From contig JBNJDT010000003.1 of assembly GCA_051745145.1 (NCBI GenBank), positions 1-64,000 on the forward strand: 64,000 bases of DNA, read 5' to 3'. The notes beneath the pieces are model-generated. The model did not search any database. It had not been told where the DNA came from and was given only the letters and a program-made list of their open reading frames with translations. The translations under genes and the position numbers were made by a program. Of the stretch, positions 48,411 through 58,495 are shown piece by piece (the stretch's first letter is position 1; the number at the start of each line of letters is the position of its first letter). Source of the stretch: Elusimicrobiota bacterium. Its GTDB lineage: Bacteria > CG03 > SLGR01 > JAGXOG01.

Positions 48411-48844
48411 TCCTGGATCTCTTTTCCTTCGCTCCAACCACATATATGGAGAGCGCCATGTATTACTAATACTAATAATTCAATTTCGACAGAATGACCT
48501 ATTTTAACGGCCTGCTTTTGGGCCCGGTCCACGGATATAATTAGCTGGCCTATGACCGGTTTTTCCGGGGACGGTATCCTTTCCCCCTCTTCTAAAGAAA
48601 ATGCTATAACATCCGTGGGCCTATTTCTGTTTAAATATTTTTTATTAATTTTTAGGATTTTTTTATTACTTACAAAATCAATATCAAGTATATATTTTTG
48701 CGGTGAATTAGTGGATAACCGCCAAAAATTACCTACAGTAAATATTACCGCTTTTCTTACGAGCTCCTTGGATATTAACTCTGCTTTTGAAGAAGCTTCT
48801 CCTGGCCCCTTTTCACTTATAGTTATAACAATATCTTTATTCAA
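48365..48844 (-). CDS. ybeY: rRNA maturation endoribonuclease YbeY
   Basis: N..Y.....PTDVI.F, G...IS...A..QA, HG.LH..G. Start likely the TTG overlapping the pgpH stop. Confidence 0.88.
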   Translation of the reverse strand: MNKDIVITISEKGPGEASSKAELISKELVRKAVIFTVGNFWRLSTNSPQKYILDIDFVSNKKILKINKKYLNRNRPTDVIAFSLEEGERIPSPEKPVIGQLIISVDRAQKQAVKIGHSVEIELLVLVIHGALHICGWSEGKEIQECQEKIKRKILKNRV

Positions 48845-50246
48845 TCTTTGTTTCTTCTTTGTCTTCTGGGTATTCAATTCGGGAATGGTGAATACCGGAA
48901 AGGGTTTTTGTAAAACACTCCTGTATTTTTTCAAGATTGGATAATGTTATATTACAGTTATTTAACTGACCGTCTATAAATTTATTATTTATAATTTTAA
49001 CTACCTGACCGGAAATTCTGGAAAATGATGGGTCGTCTAAAGACCGGCAGGCTGCTTCTACCGAATCCGCCAGCATTACTACCCCTATCTCTTTTGTAGA
49101 GGGTCTGGGTCCCGGATATCTATATTCTTTTTTATCTATTTCAGTTTCATCTTTTACCAGTGCCAAAACTTTGTTGTAAAAATACTCTATTAAGGTAGTA
49201 CCATGATGCTGTTCAATAAACTTTTTTATTATTTCATCCAGATTGTATTCATCGGCCAGGGCCACCCCATCCTTAACATGTCTTTTTAAAATCAGGGCGC
49301 TTATATTGGGTTTAAGATTTTTATGCCTATCCTGATTAGCAGGAGTATTTTCGGAAAAATAATGGGGGTTTTTTAATTTTCCGATATCGTGGTAATAAGC
49401 TCCGACCCTGCCCAAAAGGGGATTGGCCCCTATATTCTCGCAGGCATTTTCGGCCAGATTGGCCACCATTAATGAATGATGATAGGTCCCCGGCGCTTCA
49501 AGCATCAGTCTTTTAAGCAGGGGATTATTAAAATCTCCGAGTTCTAACAGCTTTATATCGGTAGTAATTCCAAAAATGCTTTCAAAAATAGGCAAAAAAC
49601 CGCTGGCTATGATAACTGTAATTAAAGCGTTCCCGGCACCCCAGCTCAAATTTATTGCCAGCTCGGCATAAGAGATGGAATTCAGTAAATTTACAGCAGA
49701 AATAGTTACGATATTAGCCGCGAATATATACAGGCCGCATCTATTTAAATCTCGCCGGGTCCGGACATTTATTGAACCGTATACTCCCACCAAACCACTT
49801 ACAAAAGTTATAAAAAACATCCCGAAATTAAAATCCCCCAAAAAACTAACTATTAAACTTAAAATCGTAACATTTATCAGAGCCACTACCGGATTAATAA
49901 GCAGAGTTAAAAGAACGCCCGCGCCGGCCGTGGGCATTAAATAAAGATGTAAAGTAGAAGTATTTTTTATGGGTATTAAAATAGCCAGAAATAATAACAG
50001 TATTACCTGGGTAAGTATTAAATGCTTGGAATTTTTGAATATTTTAGGATAACTTATAAGGTACATAATAGCCCCGGCCCCAAAAATACCGGTTATTAAA
50101 AGCACAATTCCCAAGATAGTTTCCGGGGCATGGCCGTAATAGAACATGGAGACGGCCAGAATAAAAGCAGCCATAAGGCCGGTCAATATTACCGCGTATT
50201 TACTTTTTCCAGTTATCTTTATTTTTCTTAAATTCATTATAGGCAT
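48837..50246 (-). CDS. 7TM-HD phosphohydrolase (PgpH/YqfF-like, no large extracellular domain)
   Basis: TM segments followed by APGTYHHS, YYHDIGK, F.EN, HHGT, RYPGP.P, LADSVEAA. Confidence 0.9.
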   Translation of the reverse strand: MPIMNLRKIKITGKSKYAVILTGLMAAFILAVSMFYYGHAPETILGIVLLITGIFGAGAIMYLISYPKIFKNSKHLILTQVILLLFLAILIPIKNTSTLHLYLMPTAGAGVLLTLLINPVVALINVTILSLIVSFLGDFNFGMFFITFVSGLVGVYGSINVRTRRDLNRCGLYIFAANIVTISAVNLLNSISYAELAINLSWGAGNALITVIIASGFLPIFESIFGITTDIKLLELGDFNNPLLKRLMLEAPGTYHHSLMVANLAENACENIGANPLLGRVGAYYHDIGKLKNPHYFSENTPANQDRHKNLKPNISALILKRHVKDGVALADEYNLDEIIKKFIEQHHGTTLIEYFYNKVLALVKDETEIDKKEYRYPGPRPSTKEIGVVMLADSVEAACRSLDDPSFSRISGQVVKIINNKFIDGQLNNCNITLSNLEKIQECFTKTLSGIHHSRIEYPEDKEETKIE

Positions 50247-51111
50247 TTATTATTTTCTTTACCAAATGATGTCTTACAACATCTTCATGAGTGAAATATA
50301 AAAATTCCACTGCTTCTAAATCTCTAATTACTTCCTGAACTTCAATAAGCCCGCTTACCTTACTTTTTTCAAGGTCAACCTGGGTAATATCTCCGGTCAC
50401 AACTGCCTGAGAATTAAAACCAATACGCGTTAAAAACATTTCCATCTGGCCGGAGGAAGTATTCTGAGCTTCATCTAAAACAATCATGGCATCGTCCAGA
50501 GTTCTTCCCCGCATATAGGCAAGAGGAACAATCTCAATTATATCATCTTCACGATAGGATTGAAATTTTGACGGCCCTATAAGAGTGTAAAAGGCATCGT
50601 AAAGCGGTCTTAAATAGGGATCGACTTTCTCCTGAAAATCTCCGGGAAGATATCCCAGTTTTTCCCCTGCCTCCACAACCGGGCGGGTTAAAACTATCCT
50701 GTCAACTTTCCTTGTCTGCAGAGCTTTTACAGCCCGGGCACAGGCTAAAAATGTTTTACCCGTCCCCGCAGGGCCGATAGCCACTACCAGATCCTTCTCT
50801 TTCATAGCCCGGATATACTTTTTCTGCTTGGCCCCCAGAGGCTTTATCGGCTTGCCGGAAAAAGTTTTAATATAGGTTGTCCCGGAAAATTCCGTCTTGG
50901 ATTGTCTATCTTCCCCCTTTTTCAATTTTGATAAGACTTTCTTTACAGCCTTTTTTTTACCTTTTATTACAGCTTTCGTTCCCCGGGCATATATCTGAAC
51001 ATCGAATTCATTCTCCAGTTTCTTGAGATTTTTATCGTATTCCCCAAAAGCCTCAAGTGCTTTTTGAGAACTTTTAAAACTTATCTTTTGCTGGTAAATT
51101 TCTCTGCTCAC
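50200..51111 (-). CDS. phoH: PhoH-like ATPase
   Basis: GPAGTGKT, RPVVEAGE.LG.LPG, YMRGRTL, DEAQN, GD.TQ.DL, VVRH. Confidence 0.95.
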   Translation of the reverse strand: MSREIYQQKISFKSSQKALEAFGEYDKNLKKLENEFDVQIYARGTKAVIKGKKKAVKKVLSKLKKGEDRQSKTEFSGTTYIKTFSGKPIKPLGAKQKKYIRAMKEKDLVVAIGPAGTGKTFLACARAVKALQTRKVDRIVLTRPVVEAGEKLGYLPGDFQEKVDPYLRPLYDAFYTLIGPSKFQSYREDDIIEIVPLAYMRGRTLDDAMIVLDEAQNTSSGQMEMFLTRIGFNSQAVVTGDITQVDLEKSKVSGLIEVQEVIRDLEAVEFLYFTHEDVVRHHLVKKIINAYNEFKKNKDNWKK

Positions 51112-51119
51112 AAATATTA

Positions 51120-51824
51120 CTATTCCGCCGGTATGGTGAATTCCTGTCCCGGATAAATTAAATCCGGATCATCTATTTTTTCACTGTTGGCATTATATAT
51201 TTTTTTCCACTTCCAGGGATCATTATAAATACCCTTCTTTGCTGATATATTCCACAGACAATCTCTGTCCGTTTCCCAGCTACCTACCAGATATATTTCT
51301 CTATCCCTTAGGGACTCTATTATACTTTTAGAAAGTTTCGACGATTTAATGGCCAGTTCAGTTGCTTTCCCATAACTAGCCGATTCAAACTGTTTCCTGG
51401 CATCTTTTAAAAATCCAGTTGCTTCGTCAATTTTAACTTCCGACTCCCCTTTCGAATCTTCTTCTTTTGCCTTGCTCAATAAATTTTCGGCTTCTTTAAT
51501 AGCTGCCCTGGCATCGTCCTGCCGTCGAACTTTAGATAACTCTTTGGCTTTCAGTTCTGCAGCTATTTTTTGCGCCTGGTTTGCTTTCTGATAGGCTTCT
51601 GTATTTTTATCTTCAGAGAGTAAATTCCGGGCTTCCTCGAGTATTTGCTCCGGCCGGCTGACATCGGCTCCCACCTCTCTGGCCTCATCTATTTCAGAAC
51701 GGGCCATCGCTATAGCTCTTTCTGCTTCTAATGCTGAAATATCGGTCTCGGATATTTCGCTTTTTTTAGCGCAGGCCCCGGTTAACAGAGTAATTATAAC
51801 TACCGGTAAAAAATATTTTTTCAT
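51120..51824 (-). CDS. Lipoprotein with helical repeats and a C-terminal LysM domain
   Basis: Lipobox LTGAC, Ala/Glu/Lys-rich helices, DCLWNIS...W..IY.AN...I..PDLIYPGQ...IP; GGAGG RBS. Confidence 0.82.
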   Translation of the reverse strand: MKKYFLPVVIITLLTGACAKKSEISETDISALEAERAIAMARSEIDEAREVGADVSRPEQILEEARNLLSEDKNTEAYQKANQAQKIAAELKAKELSKVRRQDDARAAIKEAENLLSKAKEEDSKGESEVKIDEATGFLKDARKQFESASYGKATELAIKSSKLSKSIIESLRDREIYLVGSWETDRDCLWNISAKKGIYNDPWKWKKIYNANSEKIDDPDLIYPGQEFTIPAE

Positions 51825-51905
51825 AAATTTCCTCCATCTATATCTTTATCTTTTAATAAGATAAAAGTCGTTTTTTTATTTACTGTATCTTTAATTGTTT
51901 AAATG

Positions 51906-53690
51906 TTAATCTGTATTTTCTATTATGTCAATGTTAATCCCCAATTCCTCCAGCTGTTCTTTTGTTGCTTCTCCCGGAGCATTCGTTAAAGGAGAATACG
52001 CTTTCTGAGTTTTGGGAAAAGGGATTACTTCTCTTATCGTATCCAGCTTAAGCATTCTGGTTAATAATCTGTCCACCCCGAATGCAAATCCGCCGTGGGG
52101 CGGGGCCCCGTATTTTAAAGCTTCCAGTAAAAATCCGAATTTTTCTTCCCGTTCTTTTTTACCTATATCAAGCACATTAAAAACTTTATCCTGTATTTCT
52201 TTGCGGTGAATACGGATACTTCCGCCGCCAATCTCAGAACCGTTTAAAACCAGATCATAGGCCCTGCTCTTTACCTGTCCGGGGTTTTTTTCTAATTTTT
52301 CAATATCCTCACTTCTGGGAGCGGTAAAAGGATGATGGAGAGAATTCCATTCTCCGGTTTCCCTATCTTTCTCTACAAGGGGGTAATCCACTATCCAGGT
52401 AAAAATGTAATCCGAGCCAGCCGGCTTACCGAATTTTTTCCTGATATAATTTAAAGTTTTACAGACAATATACTCTTCATCAGCCATAAAGAATATTATG
52501 TCTCCTTCTTCGGTATTGAATTTTTGTTCTATTTTTTCCAGTTCGGTTTCATTAAAAAACTTAGCTATCTGGGATTTTAAACTGCCCTCTTTATTTTTCA
52601 TCCAGGCTAATCCTTTGGCCCCCAGGGCTTTTACTTCCCGGGTGGTTTTATCGATTACAGACCGGGAGACATCTTCAGTTACTTTTATACCCCGGACCGC
52701 TCCGCTCTGGGCGGCCTGGCTGAAGACTTTAAAATCACAATTTTTGGCTAAATCGGTTATATCAACTATCTCCATGGGAATCCTTAAATCCGGTTTATCA
52801 GTACCGTACTTTTTCATAGATTCCCGGTAACTGAGTTTATTAAAAGGTGTCTTTATCTCTTTATTCAAAAGTTCTTTAAAAAGCTTTTTTATATAATTTT
52901 CCAGAATACCCATTATCTGATTTTCATCAGTAAATGAGAGTTCCAAATCAACCTGGGTAAATTCAGGTTGACGGTCCTGCCGCAAATCTTCATCTCTGAA
53001 ACACTTGACTATCTGAAAATACCTCATTATACCCCCTATCATCAAGGTCTGCTTAAATAATTGGGGGGACTGGGGAAGGGCATAAAATTTCCCCCTGTTT
53101 ATGCGGGAGGGTACCAGATAATCCCTGGCCCCTTCCGGAGTAGAACGGGTCAAAAACGGGGTCTCTATTTCATAAAATTCTTCGCCGGAAAAAAAGTTCC
53201 TGGTCAGCTGCATAAATTTGTGCTTGAAAATTAAATTATCTCTCAATTTTCCGGTTCTCATTTCCAGATACCGGTATTTTAATCTGGTTTTTTCGCCTAC
53301 TTCATCTAATTTCTTTAAATCAAAGGGCAGCTCCCGGCTCTTGTTTAAAATTTCCAAATCAGTTGCTATAACTTCGATCTCCCCCGTATCTATATCCTCA
53401 TTTACAGTACCCGGCGGACGGGCAATCACTTTCCCCTTGACTTCTATAACATATTCATTTCTTAAATTATGAGCTTTTTTTATAAGCTGTTTTTTCTTTT
53501 TCTCCGGCAGGGAACCGCTTCCCTCTTTATCTCTTCCGAAGACCACCTGGGTTTTGCCGTTAATATCTCTTAAATCTATAAAGACCACACCTCCGTGGTC
53601 CCTCCAGCTGGAGACCCATCCGGCTAAAACTACTTCTTTTCCTTTATCCTCTTTTCTCAATTGATTACAATTTACAGTCGGTTTCAACAT
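51906..53690 (-). CDS. aspS: Aspartate--tRNA ligase (probably non-discriminating)
   Basis: RDHGG, PEGARD, LPQSPQ, FRDED.R.DRQPEFTQ, GGGSIR, PPHGG. Confidence 0.97.
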   Translation of the reverse strand: MLKPTVNCNQLRKEDKGKEVVLAGWVSSWRDHGGVVFIDLRDINGKTQVVFGRDKEGSGSLPEKKKKQLIKKAHNLRNEYVIEVKGKVIARPPGTVNEDIDTGEIEVIATDLEILNKSRELPFDLKKLDEVGEKTRLKYRYLEMRTGKLRDNLIFKHKFMQLTRNFFSGEEFYEIETPFLTRSTPEGARDYLVPSRINRGKFYALPQSPQLFKQTLMIGGIMRYFQIVKCFRDEDLRQDRQPEFTQVDLELSFTDENQIMGILENYIKKLFKELLNKEIKTPFNKLSYRESMKKYGTDKPDLRIPMEIVDITDLAKNCDFKVFSQAAQSGAVRGIKVTEDVSRSVIDKTTREVKALGAKGLAWMKNKEGSLKSQIAKFFNETELEKIEQKFNTEEGDIIFFMADEEYIVCKTLNYIRKKFGKPAGSDYIFTWIVDYPLVEKDRETGEWNSLHHPFTAPRSEDIEKLEKNPGQVKSRAYDLVLNGSEIGGGSIRIHRKEIQDKVFNVLDIGKKEREEKFGFLLEALKYGAPPHGGFAFGVDRLLTRMLKLDTIREVIPFPKTQKAYSPLTNAPGEATKEQLEELGINIDIIENTD

Positions 53691-54922
53691 TTTATTTTCC
53701 TTACTATTTTTTCTATATTCGATATTTTCATACTTTCCTGCTCGCCGGTTTTCATATCTTTTAGGCTTACCGTATTGTTCGTTAATTCATCTTCCCCTAA
53801 AATAACGACCCACCTTATATCCTTCCGGTTTGCTATATTAAATTTTTTACCCACGGAAAGTTTGCTATAATCTTCTTCTACACTTATTCCCCTTTGCCTC
53901 AATTTGCGGGCAATACTCCGTCCTTTGCTCATTCCCCTGTCTCCTATGAGCAGTAGATAAACTTCCGGTAAAGCACTGCTGTCAATATCTGAAATCGCTG
54001 ATATTCTTTCTAAACCTAAGGCCCAGCCACAGGCCGGCTGATCGGGACCGCCCAGCTGTTTAGTCAAATTATCATACCTTCCTCCGGCCAGGACAGCACT
54101 TCCCTTGCTTAAAATTTCAAATACAGGCCCGGTATAATAATCAAGTCCCCTCACTAATGTTTTATCTATAGAATAATTTAATTCCAGAGCAGTTAATATT
54201 TCTTTAAACTCCCGGTAATAATCCCTACACTCATTGCACAAGTATTCACTCACAGCAGGTAACTTTTTATACAGGGCCCGGCACTTTTTATTTTTACAAT
54301 CAAAAATTCTCAAAGTATTGGAGTCCAGTCTTTTTTTACAATCCGGGCATAATTTATCCCGGTCGGGCTTAAGCTCCGCTCTAATTTTCTTTCGATATTC
54401 CGTCCTGCATTTTTCACACCCAACACTATTAATTTTTACTTTATAATCCTTAATTTTTAAATTTTTCATAAGCTGTACGGCCATATCTAAAATTTCTGCA
54501 TCTATAAAAGGATCCTCTGAACCTAATACTTCACAACCCAGCTGGTAAAATTGCCGGTATCTACCCTGCTGAGGCCGTTCATACCTGAACATAGGGCCAA
54601 AATAAAAAAATTTCTCCCTTACTTTCCCCTGGAGCATCCTATTTTCAATGGCCGCCCGGACCACTGAAGCCGTACCCTCCGGTCGCAAAGACAGCTGCCG
54701 GCCCTTGCGATCTTCAAAAGAATACATTTCCTTAGATACAATGTCCGTATCCTCGCCTATGCTGCGTGAAAAAAGATCTGTATATTCAATTACGGGAATA
54801 AAGGTCCTTCTGTATCCGTAATTTTTAAGTAATCCCGCAGCTTTGGCAACTATATTTCCCCACTTTTGAGAACGGGGATATAAAATATCTCTTATCCCCC
54901 TTATTGCTTTAAATTCCTTCAA
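53684..54922 (-). CDS. hisS: Histidine--tRNA ligase
   Basis: KEMY, LRPEGTA, FRYERPQ.GRYRQF, VRGLDYYT, GGRYD. Confidence 0.97.
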   Translation of the reverse strand: MKEFKAIRGIRDILYPRSQKWGNIVAKAAGLLKNYGYRRTFIPVIEYTDLFSRSIGEDTDIVSKEMYSFEDRKGRQLSLRPEGTASVVRAAIENRMLQGKVREKFFYFGPMFRYERPQQGRYRQFYQLGCEVLGSEDPFIDAEILDMAVQLMKNLKIKDYKVKINSVGCEKCRTEYRKKIRAELKPDRDKLCPDCKKRLDSNTLRIFDCKNKKCRALYKKLPAVSEYLCNECRDYYREFKEILTALELNYSIDKTLVRGLDYYTGPVFEILSKGSAVLAGGRYDNLTKQLGGPDQPACGWALGLERISAISDIDSSALPEVYLLLIGDRGMSKGRSIARKLRQRGISVEEDYSKLSVGKKFNIANRKDIRWVVILGEDELTNNTVSLKDMKTGEQESMKISNIEKIVRKIKC

Positions 54923-54943
54923 TTTTTATCCTTTATAATTAAT

Positions 54944-56326
54944 TTATTCATTTTTTATATTCCACCGGGTTCCCGTGGGAGTGTCTTTTAACACAACCCC
55001 GGCTTCTTTTAACTTTTCTCTTATCTTATCTGCCTTCTTAAACTGTTTATTTTCCCGGTACTCCTCTCTCTCTTTGACCAGTTCCCTAATCTCTTCCTCA
55101 GATATATTTTTATTATCCTTTTGAAATAATTCAATACCCAGTACTTTCTCAAAGATCCGGACTAATTTACCCCCACGGATAATATCCTGTTTTTGCTGGG
55201 TCCCCTGGAAAATTTTTTCCATTATTGAATTCACAGTCTTAAAAATTTCTCCTATGGCCCGGGCTGTATTAAAATCATTGTCCAGTGCCCGGAGAGCAGG
55301 ATGTTCAAAAGATTCTAAATCTTCCGCTTTTATACTATCACTGAGCAATTCGTTGATCTCCTTTTTAAATTCAACGAGTTTACTGTAGGCCTTTTGAGTA
55401 TCCGAAAGCTCCTTTATGCTAAAATCTATATCCTGCCTGTATGAAGAAGAAAGAAGGAACATTCTTAAAACCATGGGGGGATATTTATTCAATATCTCTT
55501 TTAAAAGAAAAAAGTTTCCCGTACTTTTTGCCATCTTATCCCCTTTTAAATTAACCATTCCGTTGTGAATCCAGTACTTGGCCGGATCCTTTCCGGTTAA
55601 GCCTTCTGACTGAGCTATCTCATTTTCATGATGGGGGAAAATCAAATCCAGCCCCCCGCCGTGAATATCAAAAGTATCTCCCAGGTATTTTTTAGACATT
55701 GCCGAGCACTCAATGTGCCAGCCGGGTCTTCCTTTACCCCACGGACTTTCCCAGCCGAATTGCTCGTCCTTTTTCCACAGCGCAAAATCACGGGCATCTT
55801 CTTTTTCGCTGCTGTGTTTATTTTCTTCACTTATAAGCTCATCGGGTTTTCTGCCCGAAAGCTTGCCGTAACCGGCAAATTCAGAAACCCGGTAGTATAC
55901 ATTGCCGTTTTTCTCATAAGCCATATCTCTTTCTAAAAGCCCTTTTACAAATTCTATAATCTGATCTATATTTTCAGATACTTTCGGATATCTGCTGGCC
56001 GGACGAACATTCAGCAATTTCATATTGTTTTTAAATTCTTTAAAGTATTTATTGGAAATCTGAGAGGGAGATTTACCTGTTTTTTGGCTTTTATTAATTA
56101 TTTTGTCATCAATATCAGTAATATTCTGGACATAACTCACTGAATATCCCTTAAATTCCAGAACTCTCTTTAACACATCAAATACTATATAGCACCGGGC
56201 ATGTCCTAAGTGGGCATGGGCATAAGGGGTAATCCCGCAAACATACATATTTACATTTCCCTCATTAAGGGGACTAAATTCTTCTTTTTTGCCAGATAAC
56301 GTATTGTATACAGTCAACTTTTTCAT
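54944..56326 (-). CDS. cysS: Cysteine--tRNA ligase
   Basis: YVCG.T.Y...[32 protein letters not shown]. Confidence 0.97.
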   Translation of the reverse strand: MKKLTVYNTLSGKKEEFSPLNEGNVNMYVCGITPYAHAHLGHARCYIVFDVLKRVLEFKGYSVSYVQNITDIDDKIINKSQKTGKSPSQISNKYFKEFKNNMKLLNVRPASRYPKVSENIDQIIEFVKGLLERDMAYEKNGNVYYRVSEFAGYGKLSGRKPDELISEENKHSSEKEDARDFALWKKDEQFGWESPWGKGRPGWHIECSAMSKKYLGDTFDIHGGGLDLIFPHHENEIAQSEGLTGKDPAKYWIHNGMVNLKGDKMAKSTGNFFLLKEILNKYPPMVLRMFLLSSSYRQDIDFSIKELSDTQKAYSKLVEFKKEINELLSDSIKAEDLESFEHPALRALDNDFNTARAIGEIFKTVNSIMEKIFQGTQQKQDIIRGGKLVRIFEKVLGIELFQKDNKNISEEEIRELVKEREEYRENKQFKKADKIREKLKEAGVVLKDTPTGTRWNIKNE

Positions 56327-56333
56327 CTTTATC

Positions 56334-56828
56334 CTATTTCCTTTTGTTATATCCCGGTACGGGTATTATAGTGACTACCGATAAACAGCTAATAGCTTTT
56401 TTATGCCCCACGGCTCCAAAACCTTCGTTCGTAGTAACTTTTACATTTATATCGTAATCCGGTACTTCTAAGGCAGAAGCAATATTTTCAACCATATCCG
56501 GGGTATATTTATCCAGTCTGGGCCTCTCACATATTAACGTAATATCTATATTATTAACTTCATAATTGACAGTCTCTATTTTTTCCTTTACTTTTTTAAG
56601 TAATTTCAAAGACGAAATATCTTTGTATTTTTCGGCGGTATCCGGGAAATGCTTGCCTATATCTTCCAGGCCGGCGGCCCCTAAAAGGGCGTCGGCTACA
56701 GCATGTGATAAAACATCGGCATCTGAATGTCCGACCAGGCCCTTACTGTAATCAATTTTCACTCCACCGAGAATAAGCTCTTCGCCTTCTTCAAGACCGT
56801 GAATATCGTATCCTATACCGGTTCTCAT
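56334..56828 (-). CDS. ispF: 2-C-methyl-D-erythritol 2,4-cyclodiphosphate synthase
   Basis: G.GYDIH, GHSDADV..HA..DA, DIG..FP, K.TT.E. Confidence 0.96.
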   Translation of the reverse strand: MRTGIGYDIHGLEEGEELILGGVKIDYSKGLVGHSDADVLSHAVADALLGAAGLEDIGKHFPDTAEKYKDISSLKLLKKVKEKIETVNYEVNNIDITLICERPRLDKYTPDMVENIASALEVPDYDINVKVTTNEGFGAVGHKKAISCLSVVTIIPVPGYNKRK

Positions 56829-57490
56829 TTTAAAACTCCCTTTAAATATTCTAAATCTTCCGGATAAGTTATTTTAATATTTTTCCTGGAACCTTCAACT
56901 ATCTCTACTTCATAACCGGATTTTTGAACCACTGAAGATGAATCCGTAAATTTGTTACCATCCATTTGCCGGTACCCTTTTTTTAACACTTCAGTTTTAA
57001 ACAGCTGGGGGGTCTGTATAATGTAGACCCTGGACCGGTCTAACGTTTTTATGCTCTTTCGATCTTTGTATTTTAAAGTGGAAACAGGCTGCAATCCCGG
57101 TATTACTCCGTCACAACTTTCAATTTTACCGGTCAATCTCTTTAGCACGTCTTTAGTACAGCCGGGACGGACCGAATCGTGTACCATAACATATTCGGAA
57201 TTTACTTCTTTTAAACCGTTTTTTACTGAACCGGTACGCTCCTTTTTACCCGGCACAAATTTTATTTTTATATCTTTTATCCCGGATAAATTCCTTACTT
57301 TTACCTCTTTCATATCCGGCGGATATACTACAACAATTTTTTTTACTTCTTCTATATTTTTAAATAGACCGACCGACCGGGCCAGTACGGAACGGCCGTT
57401 TAAATCTAAAAACTGTTTTCTCTTCTTTGTATTTCCGTACCTGCTGCCCTCACCCGCTGACATTATTAATACATCAATCCACCCTTGCAA
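56825..57490 (-). CDS. ispD: 2-C-methyl-D-erythritol 4-phosphate cytidylyltransferase
   Basis: AG.G.R, KQF, R..SV, HD..RP, QTPQ, N.KIT..D. Confidence 0.93.
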   Translation of the reverse strand: MQGWIDVLIMSAGEGSRYGNTKKRKQFLDLNGRSVLARSVGLFKNIEEVKKIVVVYPPDMKEVKVRNLSGIKDIKIKFVPGKKERTGSVKNGLKEVNSEYVMVHDSVRPGCTKDVLKRLTGKIESCDGVIPGLQPVSTLKYKDRKSIKTLDRSRVYIIQTPQLFKTEVLKKGYRQMDGNKFTDSSSVVQKSGYEVEIVEGSRKNIKITYPEDLEYLKGVLK

Positions 57491-58451
57491 AAATCATCCT
57501 TCCGGAAGGTTTCTGCAAAACAGAACTTACAGTTACTTCCACTTTTTTACCGATATAATTTACTCCGCCATCAACTACCACCATGGTCCCATCATCTAAA
57601 AAACCTACCCCCTGGCCCTTATCTTTACCTTTTTTCAAAATAAATAGTTTAAAAGCTTCGCCGGGCAGCAATTTGGGTTTTAAGGCATTTGCCAGTTCAT
57701 TTATATTCAGAGCCCTTACTCCCTGAGCTTTGGCGGCCTTATACAGGTTAAAATCACATGTAACCAGTTTGCCCTTAAGTTCCTGGGTAACCTTAATTAA
57801 TTTTCCATCAACTGTTTCAATGTCGGGATAATCTTTCTGATAAATTTTTATATTTATATCACTGTTTTTTCTAAGATCGGTTACTATATCAAGGGCCCTT
57901 CGCGCCTTTTTCCGCTTTTCATCATCAGCAGAATCCGCAAGAGCCTGCACTTCATTCATAACAAAAGTCGGTATTACAAATACCCCTTCTAAAAAACCGG
58001 TATGAGAAATTTCTTTAATCCGGGCATCTATAATTGCCGAAGTATCAATAATTTTCATATTCTTTTTATATTTTTTCCCGGTTAGATAAACCTGCTTATC
58101 CAGAAGATCAAGTTCTTCTTTCTTTTTGATACCCAGAATCATTCCGATATAACCGAACACCACGCTGATAAGCATCCTGTACTTCGCAAACACCTCGGTA
58201 ACCCGGGGTGATTCAATAAGTACGGGAAATATATTATTAATCAGACTGGCACCGATGAGTCCTAAAATAAGTCCCATCAAACCGGCTATAATATCATCCA
58301 GTTTTACTTTCTGGATAGCAATTTCAGCCGCTATTACCAGTATTGCCGCCCCTGTTCCTATTAAAATTCCGGTACCGTCGGAAGATATCTTAGTATATCC
58401 TATAACCGGACCGGCTATAATAACTATAATTCTTGCTACATATACAAACAT
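57474..58451 (-). CDS. PIN/TRAM domain membrane protein (YacL-like)
   Basis: N-terminal TM helices, DTSAIID.R, T.D.NL.K.A, GK...QGVG.LDDGTMVVV, GRMIF. Confidence 0.92.
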   Translation of the reverse strand: MFVYVARIIVIIAGPVIGYTKISSDGTGILIGTGAAILVIAAEIAIQKVKLDDIIAGLMGLILGLIGASLINNIFPVLIESPRVTEVFAKYRMLISVVFGYIGMILGIKKKEELDLLDKQVYLTGKKYKKNMKIIDTSAIIDARIKEISHTGFLEGVFVIPTFVMNEVQALADSADDEKRKKARRALDIVTDLRKNSDINIKIYQKDYPDIETVDGKLIKVTQELKGKLVTCDFNLYKAAKAQGVRALNINELANALKPKLLPGEAFKLFILKKGKDKGQGVGFLDDGTMVVVDGGVNYIGKKVEVTVSSVLQKPSGRMIFARVD

Positions 58452-58495
58452 TTTAAATATCCTTTCCTATAATTTATTTCAAAATTCTTTATAAT

